48,947 nt of DNA from Flavobacteriaceae bacterium (lineage in GTDB: Bacteria > Bacteroidota > Bacteroidia > Flavobacteriales > Flavobacteriaceae): assembly GCA_027066745.1 (NCBI GenBank), contig JAMONB010000078.1, positions 1 through 48,947 of the forward strand. The letters are read 5' to 3'. This document shows positions 38,436-47,098 of this stretch, in pieces. Positions within the stretch are counted from its first letter, which is position 1. Every line of letters starts with the position of its first letter. The notes under the pieces are model-generated. The model made no database searches, was not told where the DNA came from, and saw nothing but the letters and a program-made list of their open reading frames with translations. The position numbers were made by a program, and so were the translations under genes.

Positions 38436-38879
38436 CTATTTTGAAAGTTTTGCTTTTAATTGCTCCCATGTCAATAATTCACCACCATTTTTTGCAAGCA
38501 TTTCTTCAGCAGTTTTTTTTGAGCTAAAAGCAGAAAGATTTGCCCCCATGGGGCTTTTAATTTTCTCACTAATTAAATATGTAGCAGCTAATGCATCAAC
38601 CAATTCACCAGGATTTGCGTAGTCTGCAACTAACAAGAAAGACATATTCTCTTCGCTATTATCTCTATTTAGTTCATTAACCATACATTCAATGGCATCA
38701 AACATAAATGCTTTTCCTTTTTTTGTTACATATTGAGCAGCATGTGTTTTATCAACAACAGTCATGTCACAAAAATGGCAATGATCATTACCATAGTTAA
38801 TTTCTTTTGGTTCAACCTTACAAGAAGTGACTATGAATAGACTAAGGAGTAATGTTAATACGGTTAGTTTCGTTTTCAT
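38436..38879 (-). CDS. nosL: Copper chaperone NosL (lipoprotein)
   Basis: Lipobox VTSC, CHFCDM, FDAIEC, SPMG; ATG 38879 preferred. Confidence 0.9.
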   Translation of the reverse strand: MKTKLTVLTLLLSLFIVTSCKVEPKEINYGNDHCHFCDMTVVDKTHAAQYVTKKGKAFMFDAIECMVNELNRDNSEENMSFLLVADYANPGELVDALAATYLISEKIKSPMGANLSAFSSKKTAEEMLAKNGGELLTWEQLKAKLSK

Positions 38880-38917
38880 TAATAATTGTATTAGTAAATT
38901 GGATAACAAATATATAG

Positions 38918-38955
38918 TAAAACAAGCATATTCTAAGTTAAATATGCTTGTTTTA
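38918..38955. other. 15-bp hairpin between nosB and nosL
   Basis: TAAAACAAGCATATT-8 nt-AATATGCTTGTTTTA. Confidence 0.65.
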
Positions 38956-39000
38956 GACCTATGTAAAGTGATAATTGTATAACTTTATAAAAGCTATTTA

Positions 39001-39585
39001 CTATTTAGCTTCTTTTTTACCGACAAAGAATGCTATAAAGGTTAACATCATTCCTGAAAACATTAACCAAGCTCCTGGCATAGGGTAGGAGTGTGCAGTG
39101 AAATTCAGAATATCTTTGGTTCCAAATAGAGGGGGTTGAAAACCCATTTTTGTCCCATCTGGATTTTTGAATTTCATTATTGCATGAGGATCTAAGGTGT
39201 GACCATAATCATATTCCCATAGATAAAAATCATACATTCCAGCAATTCCAAGAGCAGACATTAAAATAAACCATCCTAGATACCATTTATAGTTGCCTGT
39301 AAACCCTATAATGACACCTAGAAGTACCATGATTCCTATCACAACAGGAAAGACTTTGAACTCAGGAATGGTCTCAGGTATATATTGCATACCTACATAA
39401 TGATTCATTAAATTGATATTCTTTATATCAAATTCATGAGTGTCAGAAAATTTATTGATATGAATATCCATTCCCAAAGGAATTGGATATTGAGGTGCCT
39501 CTAAAGTTATATTCCAAAGAGGAAATACGAATAGACCTAGTAGTAATAATGACCCGATAATCATTATGATTTTAGACTTTTTCAT
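39001..39585 (-). CDS. nosB: Clade II nos membrane protein (NosB-like)
   Basis: PLW.ITLEAPQYP, INLMNHYVGM, YGHTLDP, FQPPLFG; directly after nosZ. Confidence 0.75.
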   Translation of the reverse strand: MKKSKIIMIIGSLLLLGLFVFPLWNITLEAPQYPIPLGMDIHINKFSDTHEFDIKNINLMNHYVGMQYIPETIPEFKVFPVVIGIMVLLGVIIGFTGNYKWYLGWFILMSALGIAGMYDFYLWEYDYGHTLDPHAIMKFKNPDGTKMGFQPPLFGTKDILNFTAHSYPMPGAWLMFSGMMLTFIAFFVGKKEAK

Positions 39586-39623
39586 GATATATATTTATTT
39601 AAAATTTAAATGAAATTGATTAA

Positions 39624-39689
39624 CAAATTTACTACTTTATATTAGTATACTAGGTGACTTACATTACACAAAAGATAATAATATCTTTT
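39624..39689 (-). promoter_or_regulatory. Internal nosB-L-D-F-Y promoter with degenerate Fnr-type box and operator
   Basis: CAAATTTA 39624-39631; GTGACTTACATTAC 39654-39667 (22-nt gap); AAAAGATAATAATATCTTTT 39670-39689. Confidence 0.7.
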
Positions 39690-39701
39690 TATTATAATTG
39701 T

Positions 39702-39738
39702 AAAATGGGTAATCATGCTTAGATGAATTACCCATTTT
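39702..39738 (-). terminator. Hairpin/terminator after nosZ
   Basis: AAAATGGGTAAT/ATTACCCATTTT 12-bp stem. Confidence 0.65.
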
Positions 39739-39762
39739 TAGTATTAAAATCTAAATTTAATA

Positions 39763-41769
39763 TTATTCTTCTTCTGCACCTGGAATATCACCATCTAATG
39801 TAAATGAGATAGGGATATCAGAACCTTTAGGAGAAACACGAATATAACCTTGCATTTCTTGGTGCAATGCAGAACAGAAATCTGTACAATAGAAAGGCCA
39901 AACTCCAATTTGTTTTGGCTCCCAAGTAAAAGTTGTTGTTCTACCTGGCATGATTAATAATTCAGATGTATTTGCACCAATCATTGAAATACCATGTGGC
40001 ACATCATAATCTTGTTCTAAATTGGTTACATGAAAAAATACTTTATCACCAACCTTTACACCTTCTATATTATCAGGTGAAAAGTGAGAGCGTATCATAG
40101 ACATAGATATATGCACTTCATTACCTTTACGAACAACTTTAGTTTCTGCTTCACTTTTAACAGCATAAGGGTGAGTGTTTTCATCTAGTTTATAGATTTT
40201 TGTAGTCTTTTTACCATCTTTACCCATAATTTTATCAGCCGAGATACCAGCAGCGTAATGAGGTTCTCCAATAGTTGGGAAATCTAATAATAACTCCATT
40301 TTTTCACCAGAGATATCAAACAGTTGAGCAGACTGACAAACTTCAGGTCCTGTTGGTAAATAACGGTCTTTAGTTATTTTATTCATTGCTACTAAATATT
40401 TATCATCTGGTGTTCTCGAGTTTCCTCCAGGAATCATTAAGTGACCTACAGAATAATAAACTTTATGTCTATCAAGTACTTTTAAATCTTTAACATTCCA
40501 TTTTACAACTTCAGAAGAAATAAAGAAAGTAGTATATGCATTACCTCTTGTATCAAACTCTGTATGTAATGGACCTAAACCAGCACCAGGTTCAACAGAA
40601 CCGTAATTAACAGCTTCAAATTTAATGATAGGAATACCATAAGCATCACCATCAAAAGCTTTATCAGCAATTGCTTTTTGTAATTTAGTAAAAGAATGTA
40701 CTGTCATTGCAGCAGCTAATTTACCATTACCAATAATATATTCACCTGTAGGGTCAACATCACAACCATGAGGAGATTTTGCTGTAGGTAAAAAGAAAAT
40801 AGCTCCAGGCACATCTTTTGGCTCAACAACTAAGACTTCTTTTTTCATTACAGAAGTAGCCGTATGTGAATTGTCATCCCATGTATTATGGGCATAATTT
40901 GCAGGTACTTTTTTACCACCACCATTAGCTACATACTCTTCAATTTTTTTCCAGTTAATTGCAGCAATAAAATCTTTATCATTACGAGAAGCATTATTTT
41001 CTAATAATGAGTTTGCTTCTTCAGTATTATACGTAGAGAAGAAGAACCATCCATGAGACTTACCACGACCAGGATGAGATAAATCATAATTAAAACCAGG
41101 CATTTTAATTTGGAATGCAATATTCATTTCACCAGATTCTGGATCAATTTTCAAAAATGATAAAGCACCACTAAAGTTACCTTTCATATCTTTAATAGAC
41201 ATGTCTCTTTGAGGAAACGGCACAGAAAAACGAGTTCCTGCAACTACATACTCAGAATTTTCAGTAACAAAAGAAGAGGAATGGTTACCAGCTGAGTTAG
41301 GGATTTCAATAATTTCTTCTGTTTCAAACGTTTTTAAAGAAATTCTTGCAATACGTGGTGTATTGTTTTCATTGATAAATATCCAGCGACCATCTACAGA
41401 GCCTTCAGTTTGAGAAATATCAGGGTGATGAGAATCTCCCCAAGGCACAAAACCATGAGAAGTCATTAGCATAGGTTTAGTTTCTTCACTATAACCATAT
41501 CCTTTTTCAGGATCTTGTGAAAATACAGGGATAACTCTAAATAATCTACCAGAAGGTAAACCATATACAGCTAATTGCCCACTAAACCCACCAGAGATAA
41601 ATGCATAGTGAGAGTCGAGCTCGCCTGGAGCTACATATACCTTTTCAGCAGCATTACCAGCCAAAGCACCTTTGTTACTTTTACTACCTTTCTTTTCTGA
41701 TGGAGCACAGCTTACCATAAATACGGCAGAAAGTGCAAATAGAAAAATTGATTTAATAAATGTTTTCAT
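39763..41769 (-). CDS. nosZ: Sec-dependent (clade II) nitrous-oxide reductase, lipoprotein
   Basis: CuZ His motifs DSHH, GNH, SPHG, GPLH, VGH, EPH; CuA VPHG...CTDFCSALHQEM; lipobox MVSC, no twin-Arg. Confidence 0.96.
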   Translation of the reverse strand: MKTFIKSIFLFALSAVFMVSCAPSEKKGSKSNKGALAGNAAEKVYVAPGELDSHYAFISGGFSGQLAVYGLPSGRLFRVIPVFSQDPEKGYGYSEETKPMLMTSHGFVPWGDSHHPDISQTEGSVDGRWIFINENNTPRIARISLKTFETEEIIEIPNSAGNHSSSFVTENSEYVVAGTRFSVPFPQRDMSIKDMKGNFSGALSFLKIDPESGEMNIAFQIKMPGFNYDLSHPGRGKSHGWFFFSTYNTEEANSLLENNASRNDKDFIAAINWKKIEEYVANGGGKKVPANYAHNTWDDNSHTATSVMKKEVLVVEPKDVPGAIFFLPTAKSPHGCDVDPTGEYIIGNGKLAAAMTVHSFTKLQKAIADKAFDGDAYGIPIIKFEAVNYGSVEPGAGLGPLHTEFDTRGNAYTTFFISSEVVKWNVKDLKVLDRHKVYYSVGHLMIPGGNSRTPDDKYLVAMNKITKDRYLPTGPEVCQSAQLFDISGEKMELLLDFPTIGEPHYAAGISADKIMGKDGKKTTKIYKLDENTHPYAVKSEAETKVVRKGNEVHISMSMIRSHFSPDNIEGVKVGDKVFFHVTNLEQDYDVPHGISMIGANTSELLIMPGRTTTFTWEPKQIGVWPFYCTDFCSALHQEMQGYIRVSPKGSDIPISFTLDGDIPGAEEE

Positions 41770-41811
41770 TTTGATTTATAATTGTTGATTAATAATTGTT
41801 GATTTTTATTG

Positions 41812-42300
41812 TTATTTATCTTTTAATCTAAAATATTCTAAAATTGCTCTGGCATCATCTTCAGCCAAACTCTGATTAGACATTGGACTAAGGTATTCGG
41901 TTAACAATGCTTTAGCTACAGGATCCTTTTCTACCATAACTTCAGGGTTTAACATCATATTCATAATCCATTCTGGAGAACGTCTTTTTGTAACACCTTT
42001 TAAAGGAGGACCTACAACTTTTTTCTTAAATTTATGACAAGTTGTACAATTGGTTTTATAAAGTTCTTTGCCTTTTTCAGCTAATTTTTCGTCAATTGCA
42101 TCTAGTGTCAGATTTTTAACAGGACCGACTCCTTTATTGTCTAGTGTTGGAGCAGTTAAATCTATTTTTTCAGAAGTTGTTGTAACTTCCTCTTTAGCTG
42201 GTTCCTCTTTAGCTGGTACATCTTCTTTCTTTTTTCCATCTCCACAACTTGTAAATATGAATGTTGAGGCAATTAATAGTGCAAAAATTTTAATTTTCAT
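41812..42300 (-). CDS. Monoheme cytochrome c lipoprotein, probable NosZ electron donor
   Basis: FTSC lipobox, CTTCH, VGPPL, PMSNQ. Confidence 0.88.
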   Translation of the reverse strand: MKIKIFALLIASTFIFTSCGDGKKKEDVPAKEEPAKEEVTTTSEKIDLTAPTLDNKGVGPVKNLTLDAIDEKLAEKGKELYKTNCTTCHKFKKKVVGPPLKGVTKRRSPEWIMNMMLNPEVMVEKDPVAKALLTEYLSPMSNQSLAEDDARAILEYFRLKDK

Positions 42301-42387
42301 TTTGATTAAATATTTTAATTATTTTAGCGTAAAAATACTATAAAAAGGCTTTAACATCCTTCTTATTTTATTGTTTTTTTTAAACAT

Positions 42388-43005
42388 TTATTTATCAGTA
42401 GGGACTAATACATCTCCAACAACATGAATCCACCCATTACTCACTTTTACTGACATTAAGATTTCTGTACCTCCAACAAATATTTTACCATCTTTATTTT
42501 CTACGGTTACAGATTTTCCAGAAGCCATATATAATTTACGTCCTTTTTTAGCTTCTTTTTTTAATTTTTTGATAGGAAAGTTTGAAGGAGCAACATGATG
42601 TATTAAAACATTTGCCAAAGCCTCTTTATTTTCGGGTTTCAATAATTCGTCAACGGTGTCTTGAATTTTAGCAAAAGCACTGTTAACAGGAGCAAATACG
42701 GTTAATGGCCCAGCATTTACTAAAGCATCTTCAACACCTGCTGCTTTAACCGCTGCAACCAAAGTCGAAAAAGGCATATTACCTTCTTTATCTTTATAAG
42801 TCATTGCAACTTGTAGTACATTAGCATCTTCACCATCGCCTTGTGCTACTCCAGATTGACCTTGACCATCAGTCTTTGTTGCTGTAGCTACTTCAGTTTT
42901 CGTTTCTGTTTCAGTGTTTGTCTCTGTTGTTGCCTTTTGATCATTCTTACATGCAATGAATAAAGACAAAGACAATAAGATAAGGATAAATTGTTTTGAT
43001 TTCAT
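42388..43005 (-). CDS. Fasciclin (FAS1) domain lipoprotein
   Basis: FIAC lipobox, FSTLVAAVKAAG, TVFAPVNSAF, SNGWIHVVGDVL. Confidence 0.9.
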   Translation of the reverse strand: MKSKQFILILLSLSLFIACKNDQKATTETNTETETKTEVATATKTDGQGQSGVAQGDGEDANVLQVAMTYKDKEGNMPFSTLVAAVKAAGVEDALVNAGPLTVFAPVNSAFAKIQDTVDELLKPENKEALANVLIHHVAPSNFPIKKLKKEAKKGRKLYMASGKSVTVENKDGKIFVGGTEILMSVKVSNGWIHVVGDVLVPTDK

Positions 43006-43051
43006 TTTATTGATTTTTGGATTATTATTGTATTTTTGGTTTAATTTTTCA

Positions 43052-43117
43052 CAAAGTTAAACGTTTTATAAAGTATAAACATGACATTTGTCATGAAAAA
43101 AGATATATTTATCTTTT
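43052..43117. promoter_or_regulatory. Divergent nos / rrf2 control region
   Basis: CAAAGTTA 43052-43059; ATGACATTTGTCAT 43081-43094 (21-nt gap); AAAAGATATATTTATCTTTT 43098-43117. Confidence 0.82.
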
Positions 43118-43131
43118 AAATATTAACAATT

Positions 43132-43563
43132 ATGCTATCAAAGTCTAGTACGTATGCCATAAGAGCGGTTTTATATTTATCACTCCATTCTAGTAAATCA
43201 AAAAAATATAGCCCTATAAGTATTGCTGAAGCTATTGATGTACCAGCACCATTCTTAGCAAAAACACTACAGATATTGACAAAAAGAGCGTTGGTTTCTT
43301 CTGTGAAAGGTAGAAATGGAGGGTTTTATTTGACTGAAGAAAATACTATGAATTCATTAATCACTATAGTTGAGAGTATTGATGGTTTGAGTAAGTTTTA
43401 TGAATGCATGTTGGGTTTACCTGTATGTGGAGATGAAAACCCTTGTCCTATTCACCATGCAGTTTCTCCTGTTAAAAAACAATTGATTGAGCAGTTAACA
43501 TTAAAAACAATTAAAGATTTAACAGACGAAGTAAGAAATGGAGAAACCCACATTTTTTTGTAA
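43132..43563 (+). CDS. Rrf2 family transcriptional regulator with three Fe-S-type Cys (NsrR/IscR-like)
   Basis: YAIRA, FLAKTLQ.L, S.KGRNGGF, ECMLGLPVCGDENPCPIH. Confidence 0.9.
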   Translation: MLSKSSTYAIRAVLYLSLHSSKSKKYSPISIAEAIDVPAPFLAKTLQILTKRALVSSVKGRNGGFYLTEENTMNSLITIVESIDGLSKFYECMLGLPVCGDENPCPIHHAVSPVKKQLIEQLTLKTIKDLTDEVRNGETHIFL

Positions 43564-43635
43564 AAAGATAAAACCTAAAAGTTTTACTCAAAAATTTAAA
43601 CCTGCTTCTATATAATTTGGTTTTGGTATTTTAAA

Positions 43636-45003
43636 TTATACCGTCATAGAAAACAGCCTAGTATCTGGTTTTTTTTCTACCAAGCGTAAATCAAATGCCA
43701 TACATACATTTCTTACAAAGGCTCTAGCCTCTTTAGGAATACTAATTTCCGTGTCAGTAATTAGAAGCAAGCCATCCTTTTCTAATTCCTTTAAACGCTC
43801 TAAGGTTTGAGTAAGTTCAGTAAATTTTAGTTGATCATCTTTCCAAGAAGTTTTAAAATGGCACATTAAATTTAAGATATGTCTTCTTATAATTAAATCT
43901 TTTTCAGTTAATAAATGCCCTTTGAAAATTGGTAATTCATTATTATTTACACGTTTCTGATAATCTTTTAAAGATTTTTCGTTTTGTGCAAAGCTATACC
44001 AAGAATCACTTATGGCCGACATACCTAAGCCAATCATCAATTGTGTATCATTAGTAGTGTAACCCATGAAATTTCGATGTAGATTTAAATTTTCAAAAGC
44101 TTTATATAATGAATCTGTTGGTAGAGAAAAATGATCCATTCCTGTTTCTACATAGCCTGAATCTATAAGTAATTGTTTTCCTAACTCATATAATTCTCTT
44201 TTTGAGCTATCTTTAGGTAAATCATTTTCATCAAAACCTCTTTGCCCGACACCTTTAATCCATGGAACATGTGCATAACTGTAAAATGCAATCCGTTCTG
44301 GTTTTAATTCAACCGTTTTTTTAATGGTATCAATGATATCATTTACGGTTTGAAAAGGTAATCCGAAAATTAAATCATGACTTATTGAGTTGTAACCAAT
44401 GTCTCTTGCCCAGTCAGTTACGTTCTTCACATTTTTAAATGGTTGAATTCTATTGATAGCTTTTTGTACTTTTATAGCATAGTCTTGAACTCCATAACTC
44501 ACTCTTGTAAAGCCTAAATCATATAATGTTTGTAGATGTTCTTTAGTGGTATTATTAGGGTGACCTTCAAAACTAAATTCGTAATCTTTATGTAAATCAA
44601 CAGTATTTAAAATACCATTAAGTAATTTAGAAAGGTTTGTTATATTGAAATACGTTGGTGTACCACCACCCAAATGTAATTCTCTTAATATAGGTTTTTT
44701 TGAGAATGAATTTAAATACATTCCCCATTCCTTCAAGAGGGTCTTGATATATGGTAACTCTAATTCATGGCGTTTGGTGATTTGTTTATGGCAAGCACAA
44801 AACGTACACAGGCTTTCACAAAAGGGTAGGTGAATGTATATACTTATACCTTTAGTATCATTACTTTCAGTAATTGATAGCTGTAAAGATTTGATCCAGT
44901 CATTAGCACTTATACCTTCTTTATCCCAAAATGGAACTGTCGGATAACTAGTGTAACGAGGACCTGGAACGTTATATTTTTGAATTAATGTACTTTCTGA
45001 CAT
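43636..45003 (-). CDS. hemN: Oxygen-independent coproporphyrinogen III oxidase
   Basis: GPRYTSYP, HLPFCESLCTFCAC, GGGTP, GMDHF, RNFMGY. Confidence 0.95.
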   Translation of the reverse strand: MSESTLIQKYNVPGPRYTSYPTVPFWDKEGISANDWIKSLQLSITESNDTKGISIYIHLPFCESLCTFCACHKQITKRHELELPYIKTLLKEWGMYLNSFSKKPILRELHLGGGTPTYFNITNLSKLLNGILNTVDLHKDYEFSFEGHPNNTTKEHLQTLYDLGFTRVSYGVQDYAIKVQKAINRIQPFKNVKNVTDWARDIGYNSISHDLIFGLPFQTVNDIIDTIKKTVELKPERIAFYSYAHVPWIKGVGQRGFDENDLPKDSSKRELYELGKQLLIDSGYVETGMDHFSLPTDSLYKAFENLNLHRNFMGYTTNDTQLMIGLGMSAISDSWYSFAQNEKSLKDYQKRVNNNELPIFKGHLLTEKDLIIRRHILNLMCHFKTSWKDDQLKFTELTQTLERLKELEKDGLLLITDTEISIPKEARAFVRNVCMAFDLRLVEKKPDTRLFSMTV

Positions 45004-45019
45004 AAAAAATAGTTGTAGG

Positions 45020-45093
45020 CAAAAGTAGTAAAGTTATAACTATAACTGAATGATATTTGTCATTAAGATTATTAGCTGTATTTAGTATATTTG
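45020..45093. promoter_or_regulatory. Single Fnr-type box centred between two divergent -7 elements (hemN / usp)
   Basis: CAAAAGTA 45020-45027, 22 nt, ATGATATTTGTCAT 45050-45063, 22 nt, TATATTTG 45086-45093. Confidence 0.82.
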
Positions 45094-45113
45094 GGTATCG
45101 TAATTGTCTAATT

Positions 45114-45947
45114 ATGAAAAACATTCTTTTATTAACCGATTTTTCAGAGAAAGCACAAAATGCTATAGATTATGCATTGCAATTTTTTAGTAGCAACAAA
45201 TGTAATTTTTTTATACTTATTGTTCAGAAAGTTTCTGGCTATACCACAAGTAATTTAATGACATCTTTAACAACATCATCTGTATATAATTCTATTATTA
45301 AAAAACCTAAAGAAGTTTTATCAGAAATGGTTAACGGTTTTGAAAAAACATATAAGGATGAAGCATATTCTTTTGATGGAATTTGTGACTATGATTCTTT
45401 TTTAAATTCAGTAAATCAGGTTGTTATATCTAAGAATATTGATTTGATTGTAATGGGAACTAACGGAGCTAGTGGAACTAAAGAAGTGATTTTTGGAAGT
45501 AATACATTGAGTGTTATTAGAAATGTTGATTGCCCTGTATTGGTAATACCAGAAAATTATAAATATAAAACTATTAATTCTATTGTTTTTGCTGTAAATG
45601 CAGATGTTAAGCTTAATAAAAAGTTTTTAAAACCACTTATGCTTATTATTTCTAAGTTTAATTCAGAACTAAATATTCTCACATTTGAAAATGAGGAAGA
45701 TATTTATTCTTCTAAAGAAAAAAAGATTGATATGGATGATTTTTTTAAAGGAATTAGTCATAGCTTTTATGAAATAGAAAATGTACCTATAGATATCGCT
45801 ATTGATAGTTTTGTTCAAATAAAACATGTAGATTTAATGGCTACAATCATAAGTAAAGAATCTTTTTTTAAACGTTTAATTTCAGGCTCTACAACCGATG
45901 AGATTATATATAATAGTAGAGTACCTTTACTGATAATGCATCCTTAA
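45114..45947 (+). CDS. Universal stress protein (tandem Usp)
   Basis: MKNILLLTDFS, DLIVMGTNGASG....FGSNT, CPVLVIP; ATG 45114. Confidence 0.9.
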   Translation: MKNILLLTDFSEKAQNAIDYALQFFSSNKCNFFILIVQKVSGYTTSNLMTSLTTSSVYNSIIKKPKEVLSEMVNGFEKTYKDEAYSFDGICDYDSFLNSVNQVVISKNIDLIVMGTNGASGTKEVIFGSNTLSVIRNVDCPVLVIPENYKYKTINSIVFAVNADVKLNKKFLKPLMLIISKFNSELNILTFENEEDIYSSKEKKIDMDDFFKGISHSFYEIENVPIDIAIDSFVQIKHVDLMATIISKESFFKRLISGSTTDEIIYNSRVPLLIMHP

Positions 45948-45963
45948 GGTTATTTTTATAATG

Positions 45964-46395
45964 TTAAAGTAATATTTTTTGTTCCTTTTTTCGCATAATA
46001 TCTTCAACAATTTTAAAAATATTTCTTTTTAGTTTTTTATATTTTTTTGAATAGATAAAGATTTCTCTTTCAAATTTTTTATGAGTTTCTATAAAGTTTG
46101 TTTTGTTAGAAAATTGTTTAGTTTCGATTAAGTTATATAGTGTTCTTTCGTGGTGTTTAATTTCCTTAAATAGAATATTTCCTATCTTTTTTTCATCATC
46201 TATTTTTTTTACTAAAGTATCTATTTTTTTACGCATACCAGTACTTAAAAAGTCAATATAATTTGAGCTTAATAAATGATTTAAAAAACGTATTTCATCT
46301 TTAATAAAACTAATTTCTGATAACCATAGCTTAGAATCATTATGTATTTCATCAGTACTTGGTAATTTACCAACCCAATCTTTTTTAATTTTCAT
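45964..46395 (-). CDS. Hypothetical helical protein
   Basis: 143-aa ORF with H..SKLWLSE..F..DE motif. Confidence 0.65.
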   Translation of the reverse strand: MKIKKDWVGKLPSTDEIHNDSKLWLSEISFIKDEIRFLNHLLSSNYIDFLSTGMRKKIDTLVKKIDDEKKIGNILFKEIKHHERTLYNLIETKQFSNKTNFIETHKKFEREIFIYSKKYKKLKRNIFKIVEDIMRKKEQKILL

Positions 46396-46416
46396 TATTT
46401 CTGTTTTTTAGTTTAG

Positions 46417-46449
46417 AAAAAACAGGAAGCAAACTATAAATACTTCCTG
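46417..46449 (-). terminator. Probable hsp20 terminator
   Basis: CAGGAAG/CTTCCTG stem with a T run on the minus strand. Confidence 0.55.
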
Positions 46450-46458
46450 CTTACAATA

Positions 46459-46902
46459 TTAATTAACTTCTATTACTTTTTCTGGTAATACTTTTGCTAC
46501 TTCTTTTTTCAATAAGCTAAGCTTTAATATTCCATTTTTGTATTTGGCTTTTACCTCTTCATTTTGATTTATATTTTCTGGCAATCTTAAAGATCTTTTA
46601 AATGAATTGTAACTAAACTCTTTGTGTAGATAACCATCTTCTATTTCTTTTTCTTCTTTTTTACTGCTTTCAGCAGAAATATGAAGTCCATTATTATCTA
46701 TAATTACATTAAAATCATCTTTTAAAAATCCTGGTGCAGCAAGTTCAATTTCAAAGTCATCATCATTTTCTTTAACGTTCATTGCAGGCATTAAACTATC
46801 TTTTGCAAAGAAATCGTTATTAAAAAAATCATCTGTATTTAAAAAGTTAGTAAATACAGAGTTGTTCCAAGGAAACCGGTCGTTAAATTTAATTAGAGAC
46901 AT
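46459..46902 (-). CDS. Hsp20/alpha-crystallin small heat-shock protein
   Basis: PAMNVKE, ELAAPG, EFSYNSFKRS..LP, AKYKNGIL. Confidence 0.92.
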   Translation of the reverse strand: MSLIKFNDRFPWNNSVFTNFLNTDDFFNNDFFAKDSLMPAMNVKENDDDFEIELAAPGFLKDDFNVIIDNNGLHISAESSKKEEKEIEDGYLHKEFSYNSFKRSLRLPENINQNEEVKAKYKNGILKLSLLKKEVAKVLPEKVIEVN

Positions 46903-46944
46903 AGCATTTAGTTTTAAAGTTAATAATTCATTTTAATTATGCCT

Positions 46945-47070
46945 TAAAGTTAAATACTAAACATCAAAAACCAAATGATATATATCAGCTCGATATTGCC
47001 TGTATGTCACTGATTTAATTTGATGTATGATGGATGTCATGTCGTAAAACATTATTAAATCATATATTTA
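46945..47070. promoter_or_regulatory. Two back-to-back Fnr-type promoters (hsp20 and WG-repeat gene)
   Basis: TAAAGTTA 46945-46952 / ATGATATATATCAG 46975-46988; ATGATGGATGTCAT 47027-47040 / TATATTTA 47063-47070; both 22-nt gaps. Confidence 0.68.
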
Positions 47071-47098
47071 TATCATTAATATTTAAATAAATATAATT

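Noticed and set aside
4113-44833. Short ORF-track entries overlapping real genes (e.g. 4113-4337, 5019-5210, 9155-9343, 9515-9718, 10192-10386, 11901-12179, 13059-13310, 13574-13771, 21194-21502, 23364-23567, 26598-26828, 27032-27235, 27546-28061, 33832-34014, 36545-37340, 42068-42343, 44645-44833)
   Set aside because: Antisense or out-of-frame shadows of well-supported genes, with no motifs or independent signals
46417-46449. ACAGGAAG...CTTCCTG hairpin as a fourth copy of the ncRNA array unit
   Set aside because: Only the short stem matches; it directly follows the hsp20 stop and has no rod or promoter, so it is an ordinary terminator
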